The notes under the pieces were generated by a model. The model did no database searches, was not told where the DNA came from, and worked only from the letters and a program-made list of their open reading frames with translations. A stretch of 64,000 bases of DNA, from the IMG/VR virus record IMGVR_UViG_3300047557_001498, positions 32,001 through 96,000 of that record. The stretch is one strand, 5' to 3'. This document shows positions 18,759 through 27,560 of the stretch, piece by piece. Both the position numbers and the translations under genes were made by a program. The number at the start of each line of letters is the position of its first letter. Within the stretch, counting starts at the first letter, position 1. Origin of the DNA: a virus.

Positions 18759-20381
18759 TTATGGTTTATAGAATACAAATATCGGCTCGTGTTTGAACCA
18801 CTCACCATTGAATAAAACTTTATTTGCTAGTCTTTCTGGATCAGAATTACCAATCATCTTTGTCATCAACATACACATTTTTCCTTTATATTCCATTCCA
18901 AGTGATTTCAAAATTTTTATGGAATCTTCTTCAAGGTTTATTGTTTTAGTTGCTGAAACTTTTATGTTTGCAATATTCCAACAAAGGTATCTATCGTTCT
19001 TCAAATATCTAACAGCAGTTTCAAGTGTTGGGCGAAGAAAGTTATCTCTCCAATCTGCATATTCTCCGTGTGATTTGTATGATTGAGTTTCATCGTCAGA
19101 ATACATTTCACGATTGAAATATGGCGGTGATGTGAAAACAAAATCTAACTTACCTTCATACTTTTGGAATTTAGGATTGTGTTGAATCAATTCTGAACCA
19201 TCTTGAAAAACATCATACGTGTGATCCTCTTTTACATCGAAAAATCTTGATGAAAGTGAACTACCTTTTTCACCAATGGATTTCAAATAAAAATCAGCAA
19301 GATATTCATAACGAGTTATTCCCAATTCTGGAATAGAATTGTCTGTATTAGGATCAGTTCCAACATAATGTATTGGACGACTTACAGACATTGCACCGAG
19401 TATTCTACCACCCCACCCTGCACTTGGATCATATACCGTCACCATTTCACTTGCCGGAATATGTTTCGTAAAATGTTCATACAAAAACTTTGCAGTCATT
19501 GGCGGAAAATTTACAGCAGGTTGTGAGAATGAAATACGGAATATCTGAAATGCTTGTGGAAATAACTTTGCACTCTTTTCATATACTCTAACCAAGAAAA
19601 CGTTTACTCTTGGTTCTTCACCGTCTTTTTTTATCATAAAATTATCAGACAATTCATCTATATCACCCAAATAAAAAATCATACTTTCATCAAGTATTCC
19701 ATCCTTAACAAACTCACGAATTTGATCGGCTTTGATAGTTAAATACTTTGTATATTTTTTATTGTAAGTTTCAAGTGTACACGATATTTTTGAAATACGC
19801 AAACCTTGTCCATCAAATCTACCATCACCATTCTTAAATGCTAAGAAGAAATCTCGAAGTGTTTCTCCCTCACGGAAGTATGGGTTCTTGATTTGATTTG
19901 ATGAAATGGATTTACTATACAAATACATTGAATCGTTATACAGAGTTCTACGCATAACATGATGAAATGTCTCTTTCATTTCATCGGTGAAGAAATCGTA
20001 AATAGATCGTGAAGTTTCACCGTTTGTTCCACTGGCAATTTTTGTTTTCAACATTGTTGGGAAGAATTGATTAGCTGCAGAACCGTTTTTAGAAAAATTG
20101 GCAATGACGCCGATGATGTCAGCGTCATTACCTTTTTCTGGATTATGAAAAATCTTTGAAGAATTGAATTGACGGAGCTTTGAAAATGATTGTATGATTT
20201 CTTCTTCACTTCTGCCAACAAGTGGCGGTTTACCATTTTCATCCCAATCTTTCAAAAACCTCATTCGTAAATCTTCTACCCATTCGGAAAACTTTTTATC
20301 GTCATAAGTTACCAACTCACCATATGTTATATTACATGGCCAGGACAGAACATTACCTTTTTCATAAAAATATTTTTGCAT
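18759..20381 (-). CDS. Putative DNA amino-methyltransferase, paralog 2
   Basis: VNFPP, DPSAGWGGRIL, FTSPPYFNREMY. Confidence 0.8.
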   Translation of the reverse strand: MQKYFYEKGNVLSWPCNITYGELVTYDDKKFSEWVEDLRMRFLKDWDENGKPPLVGRSEEEIIQSFSKLRQFNSSKIFHNPEKGNDADIIGVIANFSKNGSAANQFFPTMLKTKIASGTNGETSRSIYDFFTDEMKETFHHVMRRTLYNDSMYLYSKSISSNQIKNPYFREGETLRDFFLAFKNGDGRFDGQGLRISKISCTLETYNKKYTKYLTIKADQIREFVKDGILDESMIFYLGDIDELSDNFMIKKDGEEPRVNVFLVRVYEKSAKLFPQAFQIFRISFSQPAVNFPPMTAKFLYEHFTKHIPASEMVTVYDPSAGWGGRILGAMSVSRPIHYVGTDPNTDNSIPELGITRYEYLADFYLKSIGEKGSSLSSRFFDVKEDHTYDVFQDGSELIQHNPKFQKYEGKLDFVFTSPPYFNREMYSDDETQSYKSHGEYADWRDNFLRPTLETAVRYLKNDRYLCWNIANIKVSATKTINLEEDSIKILKSLGMEYKGKMCMLMTKMIGNSDPERLANKVLFNGEWFKHEPIFVFYKP

Positions 20382-21100
20382 CAGTTGTTATCCAATTTTA
20401 CTAAATAATATTTGGCTTCAAAATCATCAATATCAAATTCAACTTTTGCCAAACCTTCGGAAGAAACTTTAAGAGTTCCACCATTAAGGTCTTTATTAGC
20501 AGCAAGAATACCGTTAAAGTATTTTGCAGAGAAACTAATCGGATCAATATCACCACTTGCATTACAATCAATATCAATAGAGATACGGTTTGAATTTGTA
20601 TTTGAATAACCAAGAACAATTTGATATTTGTTCAATTTATCATTCTTCAATACCGTGAACTTTTCAATATCAGATAGTGCAGATTTTGCCTTAATGAATT
20701 TGTCAATAAATTCTTTTGTAATCGTAATATCCAATTCAAAAGGTGGCAACTCTTTTAGGTCTGGTGCAGGTGGAATTACTGCAAGGTCAGCCAACATATA
20801 ATTTACCGTAGTTGATTTGTCATCAATAGTTAATGAGAACGCCTTATCACCTGCACCGTTTACTTGAAAGTTTACTGTATTACCAAGAACTCCCAATAAA
20901 CTCACAAGCAGGTCAGTATTGTAAACTCCAAATTTCCAAGAATCTCCTTGAAAACTTTTTAACTTAACTTCACCAACAACACACTTATCATCGGAAATAA
21001 AACGAGTAGATAAACCACCGTTCATATTCCAAGCAACCGATTGAATCAACTTACCCAAGTGATACTTGCTGATAAAGTTGAGCAACTTTGATTTTTCCAT
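20381..21100 (-). CDS. Sliding clamp (gp45/PCNA-like)
   Basis: 239 aa; FGVYNTDLLVSLL, YMLADLAVI, LKVSSEGLAKVEF...YYLV; lies between PolB and the clamp loader. Confidence 0.75.
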   Translation of the reverse strand: MEKSKLLNFISKYHLGKLIQSVAWNMNGGLSTRFISDDKCVVGEVKLKSFQGDSWKFGVYNTDLLVSLLGVLGNTVNFQVNGAGDKAFSLTIDDKSTTVNYMLADLAVIPPAPDLKELPPFELDITITKEFIDKFIKAKSALSDIEKFTVLKNDKLNKYQIVLGYSNTNSNRISIDIDCNASGDIDPISFSAKYFNGILAANKDLNGGTLKVSSEGLAKVEFDIDDFEAKYYLVKLDNN

Positions 21101-21135
21101 AACAAAAATCCTTAATGATTAGAAAATAATGTATA

Positions 21136-21166
21136 CAAATATACGAAAAAATTTTGAATTATCAAA
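21136..21166 (-). promoter_or_regulatory. Bacteroidota sigma-type promoter TTTG-N19-TATATTTG
   Basis: Exact match to the -33 TTTG / -7 TAnnTTTG consensus, upstream of the clamp. Confidence 0.75.
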
Positions 21167-22076
21167 ACGAAAAAAACTTTTGTGCAACTTTTTTGTTCTC
21201 CGTTGGGAAATCCCACTTCATTGCATCATAAAAGTTTCTTAACTTGCCATCCAATTCAGATACAAATAATTCGTTGGCATCAAAATGTTCTTTGATAAAC
21301 TCAATAATTTCATCTGGATCGGAATCTCCACGAAAAGCCAACTCCTCCAAACCATATTTGTTGGCTTTTAAATAAGCAATCTTAACCTTATCACCATTTT
21401 TGATTGGAGGAAACTTTGGAGGACAACCAAATACTTTTAATAACTTATTGTAATTTATAGCAGCTTTAATATGTGATGGTGTTCCTTTTCCGAATTTACC
21501 AAGAACATCATCCGTAACCATGCTTGCATATTTTTTAATGTCTTTAATAGAAGATGTCTTTGCAACCTCTGAATACAAAACTGTATTCAGATTTCTTTTG
21601 AAAGATAAAATATTTTCATCTATGTCCTTTTTATTTTTGTCTTTGAGAATATCAACTATAACATTTTTCATAAGTTTCTGAAACGATTTTGGGAATGATG
21701 AGCGCACAATATCCAATCCTTTAACTTCTAACTTATCAACCGATACTCCATTATCTGAAATAATCCATAGTGCATATCTCTTTTTCTTTTGCCAGAAACC
21801 CGTTCTACCAATCATTTCTTGTTTAATTTCTAAACGATGTTTGTCTGTATTGAATATCTTTTTAGCAAAAACATCATAGAATTGATTAACATAATTTTGA
21901 ACTTCAGTTGCAATTTCGTAAATTTTAGGTGTCATAGAATCAATATCATTGGTATCTATTTCAGGAAATCTATTCTTAACGAGAGGCAGACAAGAAACGA
22001 AAACAGAATCCGTGTCTACATATTGAACATGATCTATTTCAACATTTTCATTTTTTATTATTTTTTTTATTTTCAT
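21162..22076 (-). CDS. Family B DNA polymerase, C-terminal subunit (motif C, thumb)
   Basis: YVDTDSVF, KKRYAL, KGLDIVRS, C-terminal QKFFSF; preceded by a basic MKIKKIIKNENVE leader. Confidence 0.9.
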   Translation of the reverse strand: MKIKKIIKNENVEIDHVQYVDTDSVFVSCLPLVKNRFPEIDTNDIDSMTPKIYEIATEVQNYVNQFYDVFAKKIFNTDKHRLEIKQEMIGRTGFWQKKKRYALWIISDNGVSVDKLEVKGLDIVRSSFPKSFQKLMKNVIVDILKDKNKKDIDENILSFKRNLNTVLYSEVAKTSSIKDIKKYASMVTDDVLGKFGKGTPSHIKAAINYNKLLKVFGCPPKFPPIKNGDKVKIAYLKANKYGLEELAFRGDSDPDEIIEFIKEHFDANELFVSELDGKLRNFYDAMKWDFPTENKKVAQKFFSF

Positions 22077-22092
22077 ATCGAATCAATATATT

Positions 22093-22740
22093 TTACAAAT
22101 TAAGAAAACTTTTATACGAACATGATATATTTGCATTGTCTAAATAGTGTTTAAATTCTACATCCGAATCTCTTTCTTCTGGTGTGAAATACCACGGTAT
22201 ATGTTTTGCCCTATAATCAACTAAACTAACACCACCGATGAATGCATCTTTTATATTGTAAACAGCAAATGTAGTATCTATCAATACATTTATCAAACAA
22301 CCTTCAAGTTCTGTTGATTGCGTTTGTCTAGATTTTTCATACGATTGTATGTGATCATAATACGGCGAATCAATCGGAACATCGTGAAAGTCTAATGTTA
22401 AACCAACCTTACCATAATCTGGAAATTTTTCAAGAATAGATATTGATTTTGTCAAACAATCTGTTGGTGTGATTGATAAATCTAAATCAGGATCTGTTAC
22501 AACATAGTAATCTGATTCTAATGAATTAACCAATCCCGAAATCCATGGTGCATGATGGCCTAAATTTTCAGTTCTAACAACTCTAATATCCGTTTCACTA
22601 TACCATTCCAAAAGAGGTTCATATGTACTATCATTATCTAAAATTATTATTTCACCGACCATATCAAACTTTGAAATGTATTCTATCATTTTTCTTGGCC
22701 ATGTCAATAAGTTTCTATTATTTATTATTACTGGAATCAT
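22093..22740 (-). CDS. GT2-like glycosyltransferase inserted between the two PolB halves
   Basis: IPVIINNRN, IIILDNDSTY, NLGH, YVVTDPDLD (DxD). Confidence 0.7.
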   Translation of the reverse strand: MIPVIINNRNLLTWPRKMIEYISKFDMVGEIIILDNDSTYEPLLEWYSETDIRVVRTENLGHHAPWISGLVNSLESDYYVVTDPDLDLSITPTDCLTKSISILEKFPDYGKVGLTLDFHDVPIDSPYYDHIQSYEKSRQTQSTELEGCLINVLIDTTFAVYNIKDAFIGGVSLVDYRAKHIPWYFTPEERDSDVEFKHYLDNANISCSYKSFLNL

Positions 22741-22755
22741 TTTTTTTCCAAAAAA

Positions 22756-24522
22756 TTATACAATATCATCTGTTTCTAAAAGTTCAGACGCCTTAACTTT
22801 TGTCAATATACCATTTCTCATTATGGATATAAAATTATTTGAATAGTATGTTCGAGTTGAATTGTCTTCCATTTTAACAATTACCTCATATCCAAGCTCT
22901 TTATTGTATTTCATGTTTATAGCAGCTTCTGTTTTTTTGATAACGGTTTGACCGGATAGAGTAACCGCTTCAGCATTATCAATATCATAAAAACGAAATG
23001 CCGGTAAACCCAAAATACCATACATAGAATTAAGAAGAATTTTTTGAACAAGTTGTCTTTTCTTGTAAAACTCATACTTTTCTGTATCACCCGCATTACC
23101 CCACTTCTTCATTTCATTTTTATACTCAACCCTCTTATCAAACCAATCAGAAAGAATTGCTGGAATAAGTCCTGTTCTTTCTGAACTATACATTACCCCA
23201 TTTGATGCAACGGTGTATTTGTATTTATCCAAAAATGCCTTTAACTTTTCTTTCGATACCGTTTCACCACCAACAATATATGCATCTACATTACCACGAA
23301 GAAATTCTTCTGCATTCCAATTCTCAATCTTAGCAATTTTTGTTTCCGGTGAAATGTTTAGTGTCATAATGATTGACGGATAAAGTGATGTTAAGTCCAA
23401 GTCATACATCCACTCATATCTACCAGGAACGGGATCCTTAACAAATGCTCCAATAAATCCCTTCTCACCACTATCTTTCAATTCTTGCATTTTTTCTTGT
23501 CTATCTGCAGGTTTGTTCGGAGCAACAACACCACCAATATGCTTCAGATATGTCAGCATCGCACCTTCAAGATACTTTGATGAATAAACAAAATCTTCAT
23601 AAGGAACATGACCGACATGAGCAATACCTCTAACTAAATCGATATATTGTAATTTCTTATCCAAATCAATTACCAACTCAACGTCAGTAATGTTGTAATC
23701 AATAAATGTATCAATATCGTTTTCCATCAAATCATCAAGATTACCCTCATACTCAACCTTACCACGACCAAGTTCTGTTATTGAAACATAATCTAATGAA
23801 TAAGATGGTAGCTCCTTATATGAGAATTTTTTGTAAACAGTCATATAATCTAACACAGATGTCCCACCTATTGTATATCGGTTTCTATATGGAGAATAAA
23901 ACATTTCACCGATAACAGAAAGATTGTTTGCTTGTTTTTTACCGAGAACACGTTTGATGCGATTATACAAATATGGAATATCGAATGCATCACAATTCCA
24001 ACCCGTCATAACATGGGGTTGAATTTCTTGAATAGCATCTATAAATTTTAATAACAAAGTTTTTTCATCGTAACATGGAATTACTGTTTTGTTATGGGTA
24101 GTTTTTGAATCTAATTTTTTTTTCTTGTCCAATACAAGAATTGTGTAATGGTCTGATGCAGAATCATGGTAAGCGATAGATGTTACTTCATTGTTACCTT
24201 GTGTTGGATCTGGAACACCTGTAATCATTTCAACCTCAATATCAAATGTCATAGTAACTATTCCATTTGACGGCATATCTGAATCGCCGTACATATCAAC
24301 GAGAATACGAGTAGTCTCTGCAATATCAGATTCAAACAAGTCTGGATCATTCTTAACAAAGTTTGTAACCTTTGATAGTTTATCACCATATAGAGAAATA
24401 TATTTACCGTTAGGATCTTTTTTGTAAGCATACGGTTTATATTCAAAATGTAATAAACCTTTGGTATCATCCCAAACCCACGCTTCTCTTGTATTTGTTT
24501 TTACGAAAATGTTTTGATACAT
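22756..24522 (-). CDS. Family B DNA polymerase, N-terminal subunit (3'-5' exonuclease, motifs A and B)
   Basis: FDIEV, GWNCDAFDIPY, YNITDV, DLTSLYPS, KILLNSMYG; no motif C; ends in a 44-aa Hint-like tail. Start MYQN at 24522. Confidence 0.9.
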   Translation of the reverse strand: MYQNIFVKTNTREAWVWDDTKGLLHFEYKPYAYKKDPNGKYISLYGDKLSKVTNFVKNDPDLFESDIAETTRILVDMYGDSDMPSNGIVTMTFDIEVEMITGVPDPTQGNNEVTSIAYHDSASDHYTILVLDKKKKLDSKTTHNKTVIPCYDEKTLLLKFIDAIQEIQPHVMTGWNCDAFDIPYLYNRIKRVLGKKQANNLSVIGEMFYSPYRNRYTIGGTSVLDYMTVYKKFSYKELPSYSLDYVSITELGRGKVEYEGNLDDLMENDIDTFIDYNITDVELVIDLDKKLQYIDLVRGIAHVGHVPYEDFVYSSKYLEGAMLTYLKHIGGVVAPNKPADRQEKMQELKDSGEKGFIGAFVKDPVPGRYEWMYDLDLTSLYPSIIMTLNISPETKIAKIENWNAEEFLRGNVDAYIVGGETVSKEKLKAFLDKYKYTVASNGVMYSSERTGLIPAILSDWFDKRVEYKNEMKKWGNAGDTEKYEFYKKRQLVQKILLNSMYGILGLPAFRFYDIDNAEAVTLSGQTVIKKTEAAINMKYNKELGYEVIVKMEDNSTRTYYSNNFISIMRNGILTKVKASELLETDDIV

Positions 24523-24523
24523 A

Positions 24524-25750
24524 TTAAACTCTCTTAAACATCCATATTGGTTCACAAAACTTTTTATCTCTATTCTTCTCGGCAAATTCTACACTATCAT
24601 CAAGGAAATGTCCGTCTCTTGTTGCAGTTCCTGCACCGGCAGAGTTTGGTCTTTTTGACATTTCCATTCCGATACAACCGATATATTCCATTCCATTCTC
24701 TACAAGGAAATCACTCATTGGGTTTGTTATCTCTAACCATTGACGACCGGTAGACCATGCAGAGTTTGTGTAAACATCTGCAATGTTTATTGCCATAATA
24801 CCACCAACTCTCAATGATGGGATGATATTACCCAATGTTTTATGTAGAAAGTTTTTATTCCATTCATCAATACCTTTATATCGAACCCAACTTTGTGTGT
24901 CTGATTGTGAATACTTCTCAACATTAAAATATGGTGGTGATGTAAACACCAAGTCAAAGTGTTCCGGATATTGTGTGAAATCGAAATCTTCTGCTGGTGA
25001 TGTATAAAAATTCGTTTTCTTTTTACTTTCAAAGAAACCTAAATTCTTTTCATAGAACTGTTTTTGTTCTTCATATATCGGATGATTTTCTACTCTTGGA
25101 TCCAAACCAACATAATGTTCGGTACAAGATGCTGCATAAAAACCAGCAAGTCTGTCACCCCATCCCATAGAGAAATCCAATACATTCTTTACACCCAACA
25201 TTTCATATAGAACTTTAGCAACATTTGGTTTAAACTGTGAACAAATGTATTTACGAAGACCTAACATGGTTCTTAATTCCGATTTACCAAGTGTTTCCAT
25301 TTTGAGTGAATACATGGAACCCATTAGTGATTTCATAAACTTATGGTTAGACCATGTTCTGGCAGGACCTGGTGAAACTGATGCATCAACTTCCCAACGA
25401 TTCTTTTGTTGAAAATAATTTGATGCATCGTTACCAGTATTCAAACGACTGAAATATAATTGTTTTCCCTCATATGTCAAAGCATATTTTGGTTCAGACG
25501 CCTTTCTTGGAAACCACTCACCTTCGGTTAGCAATTCATTCCAACGAATACCTTTGAGTTTTAGAAACTCTCGTTGTGCATCTTCAATAGTAATTTCAGC
25601 GTAAGGTAAAGGGTATGTCATTGCTATTTCAGCAAGACGATCCTTTACATATTCTTTATCGAAGTTTTCTTTTATGTATGTTATTTGTTCGGCAGTTATT
25701 GTTAGATACGGTTCCATACCGTAAAATTGTTGGAAGTAATCTTGTTGCAC
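24524..25750 (-). CDS. Putative DNA amino-methyltransferase, paralog 1
   Basis: SQFKP, DFSMGWGDRL, FTSPPYFNVEKY. Confidence 0.8.
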   Translation of the reverse strand: MQQDYFQQFYGMEPYLTITAEQITYIKENFDKEYVKDRLAEIAMTYPLPYAEITIEDAQREFLKLKGIRWNELLTEGEWFPRKASEPKYALTYEGKQLYFSRLNTGNDASNYFQQKNRWEVDASVSPGPARTWSNHKFMKSLMGSMYSLKMETLGKSELRTMLGLRKYICSQFKPNVAKVLYEMLGVKNVLDFSMGWGDRLAGFYAASCTEHYVGLDPRVENHPIYEEQKQFYEKNLGFFESKKKTNFYTSPAEDFDFTQYPEHFDLVFTSPPYFNVEKYSQSDTQSWVRYKGIDEWNKNFLHKTLGNIIPSLRVGGIMAINIADVYTNSAWSTGRQWLEITNPMSDFLVENGMEYIGCIGMEMSKRPNSAGAGTATRDGHFLDDSVEFAEKNRDKKFCEPIWMFKRV

Positions 25751-25763
25751 AAAACACCATTTG

Positions 25764-26054
25764 TTAATCTATTGAATAAAAACTACCTATTCTATCTCTC
25801 ATATCATATACAACTCTAAACTTTCTTACAAATTCATCTTGTTTGTATATTTTTGTATCATTATTATCAATAACAACGTAATCGCCCGGTAAAATTTCTT
25901 TTCCAGATTTAAATGTGAACTTGTACAACGATTCACTTACCAATGAAATAACACCGTCCCATTTATCAACAGCTTCAAGTGCAGATTCTTTTGTGCCATC
26001 AAAATGATATGCAGAGAATTTAGAGTGTAAAGGTTCGACCATCATAAAATTCAT
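25764..26054 (-). CDS. Hypothetical phage protein
   Basis: ORF track (FDGT...PGDYVV...IYKQDEF). Confidence 0.6.
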   Translation of the reverse strand: MNFMMVEPLHSKFSAYHFDGTKESALEAVDKWDGVISLVSESLYKFTFKSGKEILPGDYVVIDNNDTKIYKQDEFVRKFRVVYDMRDRIGSFYSID

Positions 26055-26059
26055 AACAA

Positions 26060-26344
26060 TTATTTCCTCATAAGTTTTTTCTTAAAATCTTTCAACCAAT
26101 CTGGATCGTTTTCAGTATCATCAATGTCATAATATGTTTTACCATCTTTTGCCATTGTCCAATTATCAGAGATTTCATCCTCATTTGGCATTAGAATTTC
26201 TTCCAAAGAATCCAAATCACCGTGAGTTGCTGCAATATGATCCTTTATATGTTTTCTGGTCTTTCTGTGAGCATGGACTTTATCATATTTTTCAGAAGAA
26301 CCTGTATTGCCTATTATAGGATTTTTTCTATATGAACGGCTCAT
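26060..26344 (-). CDS. Hypothetical protein with basic N-terminus
   Basis: MSRSYRKNP...DKVHAHRKTRK; GAGG RBS. Confidence 0.6.
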   Translation of the reverse strand: MSRSYRKNPIIGNTGSSEKYDKVHAHRKTRKHIKDHIAATHGDLDSLEEILMPNEDEISDNWTMAKDGKTYYDIDDTENDPDWLKDFKKKLMRK

Positions 26345-26361
26345 AACATAACCTCATAAAA

Positions 26362-27009
26362 TTAAAGTTGAATATCTTTCCAATTTCCGTTTGCAATAGT
26401 TTTTGTTGCCCATTTACCCATGTTGTTTGCAACTTCATAATAGTTGTAAACACCTTTTTGTTCTAACATACTATCTTCAAACACAAATGGTCTACCCTTT
26501 ACCTTTGTCATAAATTCTCCACCCTTACCCATGTTTCTATCATTAAAAGATTGTGTGTTTCTGTATCCAGGAAAAGAATTAGGACACTTATTTGTTCCAA
26601 TCAAAACAGATCCTTTGCCACCTTTTGGTATAAACAGTATAGAATCTTGCATATACTTTTCACCTAGTCTGACTAAATCTGATTTTAATGTTCCCTTATC
26701 TTTCAAATCAACAACAAAGTAAACATCCTCTTTTACTTCTTTTGCATCTTTTGTTCCAAAGTTTTCGATATAAGCACCATCAACTCTAGTTACACCATAA
26801 CCAAGAACTTCAAGATTTGCATACAACTGTCTATTTCTTTTTTTATTATCATCCAATGAATATTCTGCATCATCTGGACTACCACAACCTTCTTTTGAAC
26901 GGAATGCCGTTATTGTACCACAATCATGTTCATCCATGTGTTTTGTTAAACGAGAAAGACCACTCTCATTTACATTCTTGTTTGGTAATAAATCTTTTAA
27001 CTTTGCCAT
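26362..27009 (-). CDS. S-adenosylmethionine lyase (T3 SAMase-like)
   Basis: ITAFRS...NKKRNRQL...DGAYIE...KEDVYFV...LGEKYMQDSILF parallels T3 SAMase VSAFRS...NMSRHRHM...TGCYRE...EEKTVRV...NEWEQDCVLV as recalled. Confidence 0.7.
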   Translation of the reverse strand: MAKLKDLLPNKNVNESGLSRLTKHMDEHDCGTITAFRSKEGCGSPDDAEYSLDDNKKRNRQLYANLEVLGYGVTRVDGAYIENFGTKDAKEVKEDVYFVVDLKDKGTLKSDLVRLGEKYMQDSILFIPKGGKGSVLIGTNKCPNSFPGYRNTQSFNDRNMGKGGEFMTKVKGRPFVFEDSMLEQKGVYNYYEVANNMGKWATKTIANGNWKDIQL

Positions 27010-27038
27010 AATTTCTCTCGGTTATGAAAAACATTTAC

Positions 27039-27046
27039 TATAAATA
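27039..27046 (-). promoter_or_regulatory. Putative late promoter TATTTATA
   Basis: 30 nt upstream of the SAM lyase start. Confidence 0.6.
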
Positions 27047-27052
27047 TACAAA

Positions 27053-27559
27053 TCATTTTTTATCTGTTGAACCAAATCCACCATCGCCTCTATTACTATC
27101 AGACAGTTCTCGAACTTCTTCAAAATGAACGGTTGGGTATGGAATGATTATCAACTGAGCAATTTTATCGCCAACTTTTGGAACATTGTTTATCCATTCT
27201 TCATCAAATGGAAAACTTGGATATTCAAATCTAGCAAGAATTTCACCACGATAATTTGAATCAATAACTCCAACTGAATTTTTTAATGATACACCCGATA
27301 GTGCCTTTGTTATTGAGCTTCTTGGAAAAAGAAGTCCAACATAACCACTTGGAATTTCTACGGCAATACCTGTTCCATATTCCATGAATGTTTTATCCTT
27401 TCTCAATGATGTTGCAGTTAAATCCAAACCAGCATCACCATCTTGTGCATATCGTGGTGTTACTGCTTCAGGTACTAATTTACGAAATTTTACAGTTAAA
27501 TCCAAATTATTTTTGTAATTTAATTTGTAATTGGGAAACCATTTGCCAACCAAACTCAT
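27053..27559 (-). CDS. dut: dUTPase (trimeric)
   Basis: AGLDL, PRSS, GVIDSNYRGE, IAQLII, RGDGGFGST. Confidence 0.95.
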   Translation of the reverse strand: MSLVGKWFPNYKLNYKNNLDLTVKFRKLVPEAVTPRYAQDGDAGLDLTATSLRKDKTFMEYGTGIAVEIPSGYVGLLFPRSSITKALSGVSLKNSVGVIDSNYRGEILARFEYPSFPFDEEWINNVPKVGDKIAQLIIIPYPTVHFEEVRELSDSNRGDGGFGSTDKK

Positions 27560-27560
27560 T

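Noticed and set aside
22077-22755. Group I intron or translational bypass interrupting PolB
   Set aside because: Non-coding spacers are only ~15 nt, leaving no room for a ribozyme core; the insert is one intact ORF and each half has its own start and stop.
22038-22890. Functional (splicing) split intein in PolB
   Set aside because: No N-terminal Cys/Ser block A, no TxxH, and no C-terminal His-Asn followed by Cys/Ser/Thr; only the association-type segments remain.
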